A DNA stretch of 64,000 bases. It comes from the human T2T-CHM13v2.0 reference genome, Homo sapiens. This document shows positions 18,669-35,708 of this stretch, in pieces; within the stretch, counting starts at the first letter, position 1; every line of letters begins with the position of its first letter. The stretch lies in NCBI RefSeq assembly GCF_009914755.1, contig NC_060931.1; one strand, given 5' to 3'. Both the position numbers and the translations under genes were made by a program. Below the pieces are notes generated by a model. The model did no database searches and was not told the origin of the DNA. It saw nothing but the letters and a program-made list of their open reading frames with translations.

Positions 18669-20579
18669 GTAAGTAGTAGGCAGGATCAGAACTGTGGCTC
18701 AGCATCCTGATGGGGAGTGAGCAGAGGCCAGCCTGCTGCTGTGAGCCTGTGCCCTCAGTCTCAATGTCAGAGCGGTACTGGTGTCCCAGACGCCTTGTGC
18801 TCCATCCACAGGTGCCCACCAGAGTCCCAGATTCCAAAATCTGTCCTTGGCTCCACCCACTCTGAAAATTCAGAAACATGCTACTCTCTTTGCCTTTTTC
18901 TTTTGCTTGGAAGTGAACCAAAATTGACATATGCTTTCATCAGTTGTCCCGTCATCCAAGATTGGTGTCTGCAGTGCAGCTGCCGGTCCTTCACCTGACC
19001 AGGAAGGGCTCTTACCACCTCCTGGTCATTCTGAGTGAATGGGAAAGGTAATGCCACCAATGTATGAGTTGAACATCACTCCAAGAGCCTTATGAAAAAG
19101 TAAATTTTGTTAAATGATTTTTCTTCCAAGAGTGAGGTCCTTTCACATTAGTTCAGTAGAAGAGAATAGGATATTTAGTTTGAATTTTCTAACTCAGTGC
19201 TAAAGTTTTAATACATTGATAATGCTCCTAAAATGACTGCATCGTAGAAGCTATACTGAACTGCATCTGAAACCCTTGAGGACACATTAGTGACACTTTC
19301 TGGAGAAAAAGGATGAAATAAACATGATTTTTAAAAATTTTATGAAGTGAGCAGTATAAATCCTAACACAAAAGAACCTTTGGTCTCGACATCCTCATAG
19401 GTAGAAACCCAAGCACTTCAGGACTCCTGGGCTCGAGAAGTATTTGTCAGCATTAAAAATGTGCGTGAGACTAGTTGTGAAGGGAGGTCTGGAGAGCCGT
19501 GGCTGCAGACAGAATTATAAGCAGCTGTGCTTTCCTTCACCTGAAGTCATAGTCTGGGTTACATCTAACGGACTTGAAGTCTGGACCACTTGGTCCTCTT
19601 GGTCCTCTGTCAAAACTACAGAAATTAAACGCATACTCATTTCAGCCTTGCTGCTTGGCGTGTTACTATTTTTTAGACTCCTTAGTTTGTTGAAAACTTA
19701 GGGAAACAGTATTCCGAGTTAATTAAAAGTAAACTGAAAGTTGTGGAATTTGATCTTTTTAAAAACTAATAATTAAAAGTGGTTCATTGTGTTAGTTGAC
19801 ATATATACTGTTTTAAGACTAAGCGTTTGAGAATTTGTATTTGTTTTCTAAAATTGTAAGGAAGATATTTAAGAAATATGCATTATTTGAAATGTGTCCC
19901 AATATACGAAATGCTTAAAAATCTTACACAGAAACTGCCGCTTCTAGCATCTTCTGTGGTACAGCAGTTGTTTACTTTCTAACAGTCGATAAAATTTTAG
20001 CCTTTTAAATTATAGTATTACCATTATTTGTATTGTTATTGCACATTCTGTGCCATGAAGCTTTTTAACATTTGCAACAGAACCTTTGTCATGTTGTCAG
20101 TCTATTCAGTAAGTACATTGTTAGTTATGTTAGTCACTTTTTTAAAAAAGTCTCTGTGTATTTTTTAAAATTCTTGATGTATTTTTATCTTTTTAGTTTC
20201 ATAGCAAAAGAGCTTTCAAGCTTTCATATGAGTTTCACTAGTTATCAGTATACACTAGGTTAGACTTGGGGTAGTTACAAAGTAGGTCTAATGATAAAGT
20301 ACTGAGTATGCATTGTTTGGTGATCTTCACTCAAATACGAAGCTGTGTAGGACTGTTTCAAAAACTAGCCCATGCAGATGGATTGTTTTTAATGTGCTAC
20401 CAAATACGCTTGTATATGATGAGATACTCAAAAATTGCACCTGAACCTTCTTATTCTATAAAAATGGAGTAAATGATTCTGAAAGAATATATGATTTGGA
20501 TCATTCTTGATACCCAGAGTTATGTTCACTGCCTCCCACCCAGAGTTCCTATCAGAAGCGTAGGCTGGATATTTTAAGA

Positions 20580-21210
20580 GGTTCTGAAAGTTGTTTCAGT
20601 TTACGTATAAGCTGCCTTTAAACAGTTAACTTCTTCAGTTCCCAGATTGTGGTCTCCAAATACATCATCTCCTCTAAAAGGAGCTTAAGAGTTTCTGGAG
20701 AAAAGGCTGATTGTAGGGCGGGATGCAGGACTGCCAGTGACCCTGGGGCTCAGGAGCCTCCTAAAGCCCACCCCGGGGCCCCAGGTGGAGCAGCATGAGG
20801 TCAGGACTACAGTGGAATGAAACCTACCAATATGTTCAACTCTATGAATTCAACACGGTGTTTAAAAAATGCACAAATCAGAGACAAATTATAAGATCAC
20901 AATATGTGGTCCTTATTGAGCTCCTTCCTGATGCAAGCAAACTAGTTAAATAGAATTTCTAACATGAGACAGTTGGAGACTTGAATACTGACTAGATATT
21001 TGTGATGTTAAGGAACTACTCTTCATTTATTTTAGCTGTGATAATGTTTTTAAAAATAGTCTCTTAATGATACACTAAAATAATTATATCTTAGACTTCC
21101 TTCCAAATGAGTGGTATACAGGTGAAATGAGATTGGCTGTAGTTGACAGTTGTTGGTACATGAGGTTTGTATACCGTTCGGCTGCCTATATATTTGTTTA
21201 GTTTTCCTTG
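20580..21210 (+). mobile_element. Old L1MC/MD-type 3' UTR fragment
   Basis: atctcctctaaaaggagc...ggagaaaaggctgattgtaggg; gacttgaatactgactagatatttg. Confidence 0.5.
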
Positions 21211-21338
21211 CTAGCATGTTAAAGAACTAACTTAAGTTTGGACCTGTAGAGATGGTTAAAAGCATTTAAAAATTGGCAAGTTTTTTCCCTTATTACAGGA
21301 AAAGGCACTAAATTTTAAATATGTGTTTTTCCTTTTAG

Positions 21339-21492
21339 GGTATTATAGGTCTCTATATTTGTTGATTAACAGCAAGCTTCCATCAAGTATTGAATATTCT
21401 GATTTATCTCGAGTTCCTATAGCAAAAATTTTGCTAGAGAATGTTCTAAAACCATTGCACTTTACTTACAACTCCTGTCCGGAAGGTGCGAG
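21339..21492 (+). CDS. UBE3C: UBE3C exon 7 (YYRSLYLL...SCPEGAR)
   Basis: ttttag|GG...GCGAG|gtgaga; 154 nt. Confidence 0.95.
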
Positions 21493-21928
21493 GTGAGACT
21501 GGAATGGATTTATTGATTTTGTCCTTTCACAAGATCTATATCTGATGGTAACTTTTACATAGGATGTGATTTTAAATATAGACTTGAAATTCAGGTTTTT
21601 ACTTTATTAGTGTTGATTTAGTTTATAGGAAAGTGTACTTTTTCTTTCTGGCCTGTAGCCTAATACAAATTTGTGATTCTGATAACATGGTTATTTTCCT
21701 GCTTTTCTAAGTAACTGTCAAAAATTAACGAAAACATGGTAGTTATCTTAATAGAGAAGACATTAAGTTTACTTTAGGTTGATCTAGTTGATATTAAAAT
21801 GGTTAACTTGGCTAATTTAGAAGAGTAGATTATCCTTTTAGAAGGATATTTTGAAAGGTGATTTTAATCAGTGATTGGATGGACAGTATAATTTGATTTT
21901 ATAAAAAGCTTCTGTTTTTCTTTTTCAG

Positions 21929-22149
21929 GCAACAAGTTTTTACAGCCTTCACAGAGGAGTTTCTGGCAGCACCTTTTACAGATCAGATTTTTCATTTCAT
22001 CATTCCGGCGCTTGCAGATGCGCAGACCGTTTTCCCTTACGAGCCCTTTCTGAATGCACTGTTGTTAATAGAGAGTAGATGTTCAAGAAAGAGTGGTGGA
22101 GCACCCTGGCTTTTCTATTTCGTTTTAACTGTTGGCGAAAATTATTTGG
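21929..22149 (+). CDS. UBE3C: UBE3C exon 8 (QQVFTAFTEEF...VGENYLG)
   Basis: tttcag|G...TTGG|gtatga; 221 nt. Confidence 0.95.
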
Positions 22150-22550
22150 GTATGAAATACAAGATCTTTTTTACCTGAACACACATATGGGTAGCATTGG
22201 CAGATGAGTCAAGAGAAGGCCATGCAGTGGCAGGTGTTATGGAAAGGTGGGCCTCTCCTGGAGGAGTGTATTTGCTGGAGGGATGTGGTCTGGGCAGTGT
22301 GTTCCTGGGGACAGTTTCCAGATACAGTGGAAAAGACTGACATATATATGTGTCTTATGAGGCCACACAGATTATTTTAATAGAGTTAACAGAGTTAAAT
22401 GGGAAAGCTCTTCTGTGAGTCAGGCCTGTTTCCCTCCCTCTGCTAAATTTCCAGTGTGCCTCTTCTAGAATAACATCTTCCTGTAGTATGTTTGAAAACA
22501 TACATACATACATACATGCATGAATTATTCATGAAAGAAATATAGGAAAA

Positions 22551-23569
<1,019 letters not shown>

Positions 23570-23698
23570 AGTTAGAATTTTAAAAATAAGATCTGGTCAG
23601 AAATGCCTCTCTGCGTGTGAGGAAAAATGGCGTCTTCGTTTTCCATTTTAAAAAATAATGTTTAACTAAAATACGTTTTAACTGATTGTTTTGCAAAG

Positions 23699-23850
23699 GG
23701 GCCCTCTCTGAGGAAGGGCTGCTGGTGTATTTGCGGGTGCTGCAGACCTTCCTCTCTCAGTTACCAGTCTCTCCTGCCAGCGCGAGCTGTCACGACTCAG
23801 CCAGTGACTCTGAGGAGGAGAGTGAAGAAGCCGACAAGCCCTCAAGCCCG
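23699..23850 (+). CDS. UBE3C: UBE3C exon 9 (ALSEEGLL...acidic/Ser-rich SDSEEESEE...PSSP)
   Basis: gcaaag|GG...CCG|gtaagc; 152 nt. Confidence 0.95.
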
Positions 23851-25962
23851 GTAAGCCCCGTGCCCTGCATCTGGGGGGCTGCGATGCAGGCAGCCCCGTC
23901 GGATCTTCTAGCTTTCTGTCCACCCGTAGTTTCAGTTACACAAGTCAGACCCTCAAGCAGCCTTTGCAGAGAAGCCCCGTCAGCCCCACTACCACAGTTT
24001 CTAGTGATGGGAAAGTCTCTCCCACCGCTTTGTTAGCACGTTCATGGAAGTGTAAATGGAGACACATAGCTTTGTGTTTGGTTTTTTAGGCAAAATAGGA
24101 TCATACTATATGTTAACTTAGTTATTAGGAAATATTTTCTGGAAGTGAAATTGTTGGGTCAAAAAGATCCTTTTTACCCTATCCTGTGAACACCGGGTAG
24201 TGTCTTCCATTAATTCCTGCTGATTTTATAGAGGATAAATGTTATTTACTTAAAAATTACTTTCAAGTTCTTATCTCTTTTCTTCCTTACTATTGAGTTT
24301 ACAGTATATTTTCAGGGAATAAAAAACTTTAAAATTATATATACATGCATACATAATTTGTGTTTTACTTAAAGAATTTAACCGCCAATGACTTTTTTTG
24401 GTCTTAAGCAATTGAAATGGCTTGAGGTATGGCTATCATAAGTTGTTATTTTTTCATTAAGGAGTTTTATATTGATTACTACTAAGTGTAATCACAGAAT
24501 ATACTTGAGAGGGTCTCAGGGCTTCCAGGTGAAGTAAATTTTTAGAATATTGTGAAGTGGGTGTGTCAGTGCAGTGCTGCACCTTCCTGGACAAAGAGCT
24601 TCACTAGTATCGAATGAAAGAGATCACAGCAATAAGAAAAGGATCGATAAGTCAGCTCAGGGCTTGATTTTTTTTAAAAAATAAGAGAAGACAAAGAAAG
24701 GAACAGAAGATATTCACTGCCAGGGCTCATGGCTGAGGGGTGGGCTGATGACAAAGGAGTGAAGCCGTTTTTATAGTGGACAGTGGATGCTGGAACTGTT
24801 GCATCTGTCCAAACTGTACACCAACAAGTATTCATTTTTTTGTATGTTTATAAAAAAGAGTGGGTTCTGTAGATGGAATGTAGATAAATTTTTGTTTTTG
24901 GAAGAAAGTTATTAAATAGTCACCTCCCATAGAATTTGTGAAATTAAACCCTTATTTATATGCAGTGTATTTTGTATTCATGTGAAGATGAGGCTGTGGG
25001 CTTTCTCAGCGAGAGAGAGGACAGGTTTTTCCTCGCTGTGGGTGTGCAAACACGATGAAAGCAGAACATGCGGACCCGTGAACCGGGAAATCACCTGCAG
25101 GCTCTCACTCGTGCTCACACTTTGAACATTTAAGAAGTGGGATCAGTTTCTTGATTTTTAAAATTATTTACAACCATAGAAAATATTACTCTATATTCTT
25201 TTTTAATACATAAGGGTTTCAAGGTCTGTGTATTATTTAACTTTATACTTTAATTTTCCTTTTTTTGTTTATTCTCTTCATTCTTCCTTTGTCTTGGGTA
25301 TTGTCCACATTTGGGCTGAGAACTAAAGACCCCATTTTGAGCCAGGCACTCATAGGTTTCACTGCAAGTCATTCTTTCTTTGCCATGTCTCTTACCTGTA
25401 TGTTTCTGTGTTGCCTTTTCTTTCCCCTGGCACTTAATTATATAAAACCTAATGTGATTGTATGAGATTTTTCCAAGGTCAAAGTTCACCCTTGATAAGC
25501 TCTTTTGCCTTTAGGTTTCTGTATAATCTGTTCACTTACAGCTTATGTACAATTTATTTTAAAATTGTACACTACAAAAATAGTAGTGCTAGGATTCCTT
25601 TCTCATTCTGATGTACTTTTGTTAGTCTTAATGTTAAAGATTCAGGTTTGACAGATGAATTTACTGCTTTTATCTATAAAACAGTGTTTTGTTTGGTAAG
25701 TTATTATAAATTATATAAATTGTATTCATCCAAGTTTCCAGACAATACAGTCAGCAATACCCAATGTTATATATATTCACATTCATATATATATATTCAT
25801 ATATACACATACATATGAAAAAAGTATATATCTTTGGTTACTGCCCCAAATGAGTAAATTGCATAGATTGGCTTGGGTTATATTCAGTGAATCAAATCTT
25901 CTGGAGAGATTAAGGTATAAAATAGATTTGTGTAGCCTTTGATTTTAAAAAATTCGTTAATA

Positions 25963-26268
<306 letters not shown>

Positions 26269-26654
26269 TTATTTTGCTTAAACTGTGATCTCAAATTAAA
26301 ATGAAAATGCCATTAGATGATGATAGTTTCACTATGTATGGTTGTCTTAGTGCAGCTTGATGTAAAAAAAAAAAGTAGGAAATGAAGTTTTTTTGAAATG
26401 TAAATACTGAAGCTACTGTTATATCATAGGCAAAAACCGGGTATTCAGAGTTTACTGTGTTAGGCAAAATGGATGCCTACTGTTGACTGGATCCCTAGAG
26501 GATTTCACACTAAGTGTACTGTGATGTAGATAATTTTGAGATGATGCCTAGCTTTCTTTGCCCGAAGAAAAATGTGATTTCGTATATGTTTGTAGTGTAG
26601 AGGACGTTCCAGTTGAGCACATTTATGGAGACTGGTTGTTCTGGTATGTTCTAG

Positions 26655-26842
26655 GAGGATGGCAGACTGTCAGTATCATACATAACAGAGGAATGCCTGA
26701 AGAAGCTGGACACAAAGCAGCAGACCAACACCCTGCTCAACCTGGTGTGGAGGGACTCTGCGAGCGAGGAGGTCTTCACCACCATGGCCTCCGTCTGCCA
26801 CACGCTGATGGTGCAGCACCGCATGATGGTACCCAAAGTCAG
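26655..26842 (+). CDS. UBE3C: UBE3C exon 10 (EDGRLSVSYI...MMVPKVR), GC donor
   Basis: ttctag|GAG...GTCAG|gcaagt; 188 nt; the frame with exon 11 requires the GC donor. Confidence 0.93.
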
Positions 26843-27184
26843 GCAAGTGTCCGTGGGCGTCTGTGCCAGGGGGTGCCAGCCAGAGAACATACCTTCCTCC
26901 CTGGGAATTGCTCTCCTCTTAAGTTTTGTCTGCTCTTTTCTGGTAGAGATTGATGTAGGATATTCTACTGTCCAAGCGTTTCATAAAAAATAATTTGTGT
27001 TTTTCTTTTCTAAACCAACAAATACTGAGACCTTTTCCTGGCCCGTGAGGCTCTCAAGTACCCTATCTGTAATATTTTCTGTAGTACCTTATGAATGTGA
27101 GTTTATTCACCCATCTGAAAGGCTGGACTCATACCTGCATTAGTGAAACACTATGTTACATATCTTTTTAGGCTTTTTTCATAG

Positions 27185-27696
<512 letters not shown>

Positions 27697-29634
27697 TTCA
27701 TAGTACCCTTTTAATTAGATTGTCCTTGACAATTTATCCCTAAAAGTAAATTTTTGTTTTTCAGCCTTTGAAATAAACTTTTGGTTCAGACAAAACAAAA
27801 CCTGCAAGTTAAAAATATGGCCTGTTTGTGCTTAAATAATTGTGACAATAATCTTGAACTGTTTTCTCTCCCTCCAATTTGAGTGATATGTTAGTGGTTT
27901 CTTGAGAATTTAACAGAAAAGTATTCAATTGGATACAGAGTAAAATATATGTAGTAGTTCTGCTAGGACCCAAGGGACTGATGTTGCATAGGCAAAAGCT
28001 GTCAGTAAGTAAGCAGGTCTGACGTTAATTCACGTTACCCTACAGAATTCTCTTTGTTTTTATAAAATGCCATCCCATCATATGAAAAGAGTGATTTCTG
28101 TTGGCTAAGAAAGCATTCTTTGAAATGAACTGTAAGTAAGGAACCCATCGGTTGAAATGGCCTTGTAAACACTAATGTGGCCAACTAATGAGGTGCTGTC
28201 TTCACTCACTGGTGTTTATTACCATCGGAGGAAGTAGATGTCAGTGAAACTGTGGCTCCTAGATTAGGTCCTTAGCTCTTTGCCGGCTAATTGCATGAGA
28301 GCAGGATGTGAGATCTGAGGATCGCAGCAGCTGAACCAGGACACTTGCTTTTATTGTCGCACAACCCATTGCTGTGGATGGTAATTGCTGGATTTCAATG
28401 CATCACTGCCCTGGGCTGAGGTTTACTAGAGAACCGCTTCCAAAAGGTGTTTAATGGGTGAAGGAACTTTCTGTGTAGGCTTGATTTTATGAGTACAGCA
28501 CCTATTTCCTCTAAGAAACTACTCTAGGAATTTTATTTATGGCTTAAACATATTAGGTTCTAGTATTTAGAAAGAGCAAGTAGGCTTACTCTAACTGTTA
28601 CAGATTTTAACTGCTTTCAATTTTGATTTTTTTAAAAAAGTATTTGAAAGATGATTAGTATATTCCCAGGCTGATAACTCATTCACAGGCCCTCACTGAT
28701 TAATATTAGTCCCTTTTATTTTCAGAGTTAGGATTTGCCATTTAATTTCTGTTTAACACTGATTGTCAGGGTGTACAAATGAATGTGGAGACCTTTGTAC
28801 CCTGACATGGAAAGATTTCCGAGACAGATGCGTACATGAAAACCGGGAAGACACAGGACAGTATGTAGAAGAACCGGCTTTTCCTATAAGAAGGATGGAA
28901 AAAATAGGAATATATATTCATATTGCATAAAGAAACTTGGAAGCATATACAAGAAACTCATGAAAGTGAACACTCGTGTCTGAATATGCCGAGGAAGCTG
29001 GGGCTGGAGCAGAAGTGCTCTTCTGAGTACACTATTTTTATATCACTTTTAAGTTTTGGATTAGGTGAATGACTTAATATTTTAAAATTGGTTAAGTAAT
29101 AAATGAATTGCCAGCTCCTTTTCTGAGAGGAAATTTTAGATATATTACCATTGGACGTGGAAATTTGGATTTAACATTTTTAATATCCACTATTTTAAAA
29201 TATGATTAAATATTCACTGGCTATATTTTAAGGGGGCAAAAAATAAAGGCTCTACTGCAGTATCAGACAACTAAAATAAGAAAGTAGGCTACCAAAGATA
29301 GCCTGTTAGAAAAGTGCTTGGCTTTCATCTGGCATACGTGGGGTTTTTAGTGGGTACTGTTTCAGAGTTTCATTGACTGCATTTGTGACCCTACTTACAT
29401 GTAGATGAGGCCTGCGGTGCCCACTCAGCCCCGCGGCATTCCTGGCCTTTGTGTGTATTTCACATTCCTCGTCCTTCCTTTTCCTGACTCTTTCACCGGC
29501 TTCTTTCATAGATACCATATTCATGTGATTTTTCCTTTACTTGGGCTTCTCAGTTTCCTTTGTGGGTTCTTTTTTCTCCTCTTTCTCACTCTTTCCTAAA
29601 CTTCTTTTTGTATTCAGTTTTTTAGGGTTGTTAG

Positions 29635-29920
<286 letters not shown>

Positions 29921-30212
29921 TAGTTTTTTAGTTCTTTATTTGGTCCTCTGGGTAATCTCTTTCATACAAGTGGCTTCAGCTACATTCTAGTGACTCTCAC
30001 ATTTGTGTCTTTAGTTTAAGTAACTTTCTGGAGCTCCAGACACAAGTGTACCTGCTTAATAGGAGATGTCCCTGGGGACCTCTCCTCTGTCCCCTCCCAG
30101 GGTCTGAAGTTGAGTCCAGCATCTCTCCCTCTTAAGAGCCTCCTCTTTCTGTCCCTGTTTTGGTGAACAGGCCCGTCATCTACTTGGTTGTCTGTACCTG
30201 CAGCCTGAAACT

Positions 30213-30405
30213 GCAGTGTCCTGCATGGTAGCCACCAGTGACGTGTGTTTTAAAGTAAATTAAATACAAGCACAGACTCAGGTCCTCGGCTACCAAAGCC
30301 ACATTTCAAGTGCCCAGTAGCCACATGTGGCCAGGGGCTACCTTATTGGACATCACAGATTAGAACACACCCACCCTCACGGAAGGTGCTGGTGGGCGGT
30401 GCTGC
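30213..30405. mobile_element. MER3-like hAT-Charlie element
   Basis: agccacatttcaagtgcccagtagccacatgtggc...ctaccttattggaca. Confidence 0.65.
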
Positions 30406-31109
30406 CCAGGGTTTTGGCTCAGTATTCCCACCATGGTGCTCGAGAGCTGTATTCTCTATGTCATGGTTTGCCAGCCTGACTTGTGGAAAATACAACCCTG
30501 ATTATTGCATTCTCTTGAACAGTGTAGACTCCCTTTGCTTTTAGGAAAAAATTCACATTCCTTGGATTATTGATTTGTGCAGTATCCCCTTGTTATCAAG
30601 CATTTGTTTACCTCTCAACTTTATTTCTAGCACAAAATACTTTTTCTCCAACCATAAATGAGGCAAAAAGGCATATCTTGCATTTTCTTGATCCCATTGC
30701 GCTTTTTTATGCCTCCATGGTGTTTCGTGCCCCTTTCCTTTTGCGTATGCCAGTCTCTTCCAGTTAATGTCTGGGCTGGCATGTTCTCAGGGGCTTGGCT
30801 CTTTTACCCCATTGATGGATCTAAAAGTTTTGAAGCAGAATTTTGAAGATAGTGTTTTAGGGGTCGAAGAGGTTGATGTTATAATTTGCCCGTAGTTTCA
30901 TTTAAATACATAAATCATAAGACACCTAGTTTTATTTCAACATATGCTTGATTTTTCCACCAAAAAGTAGTACAGTGAAGCAGCTTAATTATGTCTTGTG
31001 TTGTTAATCATTGTGATTTAGATAAACAGCGGTGCGCCTCGAAGCGCAGTGCTTCTTTTCTGTGCACGCGCGTGTGTATGTGTGTGTGTAGTGTTTGTTG
31101 GTTTTGTCT

Positions 31110-31418
31110 TTATTTTTGTTTTTGTTTTCTGAAACAAGGTCTCACTTTGTCACCCAGGCTGGAGTGCCGTGGCGTGATCTCAGCTCACTGAAACCCCGCC
31201 TCCCAGGCTCAGGTGATCCTCCTACCTCAGCACCCTTGAGTAGCTGGGACGATAGGCGTGCCACCACACCTGGCTAATTTTTTGTAATTTTTGTAGAAAC
31301 GGGGTTTTGCCATGTTGCCTAGGCTGGTCTCGAACACCTGGGCCCAAGTAATCTGCTTGTCTCAGCCCTCAGCCTCCCAGAGTGCTGGGATTGCAGGTGC
31401 AAGTCACTGCGCCCAGCC
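31110..31418 (-). mobile_element. AluJb-like
   Basis: Antisense Alu. Confidence 0.85.
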
Positions 31419-32146
31419 CCTCGTGTGTTTTCTAACCATTTCTTTGCCATGTGTTTTCTAAGAACTGTGGTGTATGTGGTGGGGATGAATGCTCTTTAGC
31501 TCTGAGAGATTTATAGCTTCATATCTTATACTTTAATAATTTGGGATAAAATGATTACACAGATGACTTCAAAGCAGAAAAATACAGATTTGTTTTTCAT
31601 TGTATGTGTAGAATTAAATATATATACCGTCCATGTGTTTGTAAACAAGTTTTTATAATATTTTGGAAAAAATATTGAGGATGTGCCTGGAGAGAGAAGT
31701 AAATTTTGTCTATAATTTCATAGCTGCTTTTATTATCAGTGATATTTTCATTATAATCAATAGAATTAATAAGCTATTGATTCATGTTAAAAATTGCATT
31801 CTCTTTCATGAAGTTCAAATAACATTGATGAGCTTTTAAACATTTCAGCACATAGTGATCTTAAAATTAAATGTATTTTGAAATCCTATCTAGATTATAA
31901 ACTAATTTCCACTAGCTGTTGTTAGACACATCAAATAAATAAAATAGACTTGCCTTCGTCAGCTTCAGCAATATCATTCATAGTTCTGAATCTTCTAAGA
32001 ATTCTTAGAACATTTGTGAATGATAATTGTTTCCCGGGAAATATGAGTACACTTGGAAGAAGCATATTCCACCAAAGTGATTCTAAATCCCTACCACGTT
32101 TTTAAAGTTTTCTTTTAAGCTTGTTAAGAAATAGTAAGAGAAGGGG

Positions 32147-32697
<551 letters not shown>

Positions 32698-34289
32698 AGA
32701 AGGGATTATCAAAGAAGACATTTGAGGTAGTGAATGCCACTTTCCCCCATTTTAATTTAAACTGTAGCATGAGGGAAAGTATGTTTTTTGAATCTGTAAA
32801 TCTTTTAATTAAAGAAAATCAGTTGCCAGTAAGAAGGGCTGGCTGTTTAAATTGGTTCTGGTGTCAATGCTGGAATGCTAGCGCGCCTGAGTGTCTAAGG
32901 CTTACCTCCTACTCTTAGCTCCTAGTTTGTGAAGAGCAATTTTTAGCAGCTTGTCTCCAGACGAAATACACCTTAAAATTTTTATTAGTAAGGACATTGG
33001 AATTTATTTTGAATCTTGCATTATCTGATGCAAATTATTATATATCTGTTTTATTGCTTTTTATGGCATTAGAAGTGTCCAGTAATATTTTTTTAAAAAG
33101 AAAAATTTCAGAAGAACAAATTATTGCCTTTGTACTTGTGTGCTATAAGAGTTCGACAGATCATTGGGTGTCTCGCTGTTTCTTTTACCTGTGGCACCTG
33201 GACTTAGAGGGGAATTCTCAGAGGATGCCATGCTGTGGTGGCCTTGACTCCTTGTGTGGGAGCCAGTGTCTTCCATTGTGTTCTCTTTCATAACTCAAGA
33301 GAGTCCCCGTGGAAAACTGGCCTGAATTTATGACCCGGCTTACTGATTAACTCATAGGATTGTTACAGCTAAATAAAGCTTAATGAGTAATTTTTAATCT
33401 ATCCCACTATGTGGGAGAAGAATATCACTTCTTTACATTTTAGAAGTAGAGCCCCAGACTAAATAACCTTCAGAAATTTGTCTTTTTTTTTTTTTTTTGG
33501 TGAAAACATTCTTTATTAGTAAGCAGACATTTGAAACTTTTTGATTACATGCATCATGCAAAATGACTGACCTCACACATGGTTGTCTGTTCATTGTGAC
33601 ATCTTTTTTGAGATGATTACAAATTTAAGATGACTGCAGTAGTAAAAATAATTCATGAAAATGACTCTCAATGAAGCAAAACACTACATAGCACACATGA
33701 AATACTGTTCATCCCTCCTGGATGTTTAATTCTCTCCTAACGTAAATCTCTATTTTGGAAGACTATTATTTACAAAAATGGCAGTTGTTTTTGTATGTGC
33801 ATCTATAGGCACTGAACTGATATGAACAAAATTTCAAATAATTTTACAAGGTTTGGTTGTTTTTTCCTGTTTTGTTAATCCAAAACAGGACAATGCCCTT
33901 TGATTTACAATGTTCAGTTCTTTTAAGAAATCATTTTCTTTGGAAGATGATTTTGACCCATGAAAAAGTTGTTTTACCCCTGGTAATCTTTTTGAAATGG
34001 GGCTGGCTGTTATACATTATACAGGTTGTTTTCAGTTAAGTGAAAAGGAGTTGGGCTTGTCTTGAGAAGAATTCCTCTAAATTATGGCACTGAGAAAACT
34101 TCTCTGCAGTGGTGGGCTCACCACTTCCATCCTGTGGTAGTTCTGGTAGCACTCCTGGTATGAAAACCCTAGCACAGGTAATTTCACCTCTTTGAAATAA
34201 GCAGTGATCCTGGAGAAAGGTGAATATTCCAAATCTAGTAGCATATTCAGGTCATCTGGCAGAGAAGTAGGCATAAAAGACTTTTCTAG

Positions 34290-35708
34290 GTACTTAGAAT
34301 GCTGCTGTAACAAATATCTAAAAATGGAAAAGTGGCTCTGGAATTAGGCAGTAGGTCGAGGCTGGAAGAATTCTGAGGCGCATGCCAGAAAGAAGCCAAA
34401 TTGCCTTAAACAGACTGTTAGTAGAAATGTGGAATGTTAATGCTAGGGAGGCCTTGAAGGAAGAAAGGAGTATAGCAGAGAATACCTCGATTGCGGTAAA
34501 ATATCTAAATCATCATGAATAGACTGTTGGTAGAAAATGAGGAATATGTTATTGGAAAACTGGAGGAAAAGGGGTCCTTGTTACATAGTGGCAAAAAGCT
34601 AAGCTGAATTGTGTCCTGCAGTTATGTGTAAAGCAGAATTTTTAAGTGATGACTTCAGTATTAGCTGAGGATATTTCCAAGCAAGCTGTGGAAGGTACAG
34701 CCTGCTGTCTTCTTGCTGATTATGGTAAAATATGGAAGGAGGTAGATAAATTGAGGGAAGAACTGTTGAATATAAAGAAACTAGGACTTGATTTGGGAAA
34801 TTCGTGGCCTATTCAAGGCAAAAGCCACTAAAACTAAGAGATTCACTGTCAGGACAGCCTTCTCTAGAGAAAGTGATGAAGGTATGGCTGTATAACCTTC
34901 TGCTAATACTTCAGAAACATCAAAAGGTCTGAGTATCAAGTCACACAAAAGGCTCTTTGAGGAGATTAAGAGTGTGAATCATAGATCCTCCCAGCTATTT
35001 CAGAAAAAGCCAAAATTAGAGACGGGATTTTCCAGGAAAGATATGTGAGGAGCCTCCTGTGTAAATGAGTGAATCCCCATGACATATGTAAGAGACCCAC
35101 AAGTTTCTCGACAATGTTATAGCAGCAGAAACACCACTATTTTTAACAGAATGCTTTAGAGAATATAAAAGAAGAAACAAACTGATAAGCTGATACTCAG
35201 CTGCAAACATGTGCTACCTTTTGTGAAAAAGTAAAGATGATTGAGACAGTCACAAGCCCAGAGAACTGAGCAGTGAGCTGAAGATTACTCCCAGGCCTTG
35301 AAACTGAAAGGAGGGTGCCTGGCTGGTTTTGTAAATTGATGGTGCTGATGGCTCCTTTTTTCATCCCAATTTCTGCTTTTTGAACAGGAATGTGTATAGC
35401 TGTTACTGTATGCCTGTCACACCATCATACATGGGAGCAGATAACTTGTTTTCTAGGTTCGCAAGTGCACAGATGGAGGAGAATTATGCCCCAGAAATCA
35501 CACCCAGATCCTCTCCCAAATTTAGATGGCTTTAGTGTGAGATTTGAGACTTTTGAGTTGGTGAGACTCAGATAAGATTTTGGATTTAGAGTTGATGCTG
35601 TAATAATGGGTTGTGACTTTTGAGCACCTATGAGTGACGTAAATTTATTTGTGATGGATCTGAATCTTTTAACACAGGGGTGGAGTGGTGGCGGGGCGGG
35701 GGTTGCAC
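34290..35708 (+). mobile_element. MLT1 (MaLR) internal sequence
   Basis: gctgctgtaacaaatatctaaaaatgg...ggctggaagaatt; joins the LTR through a purine/G-rich tract. Confidence 0.7.

Noticed and set aside
23851-24036. 61-codon read-through after exon 9
   Set aside because: The donor (CCG|gtaagc) is strong, I see no nearby poly(A) signal, and the open frame is explained by local GC richness
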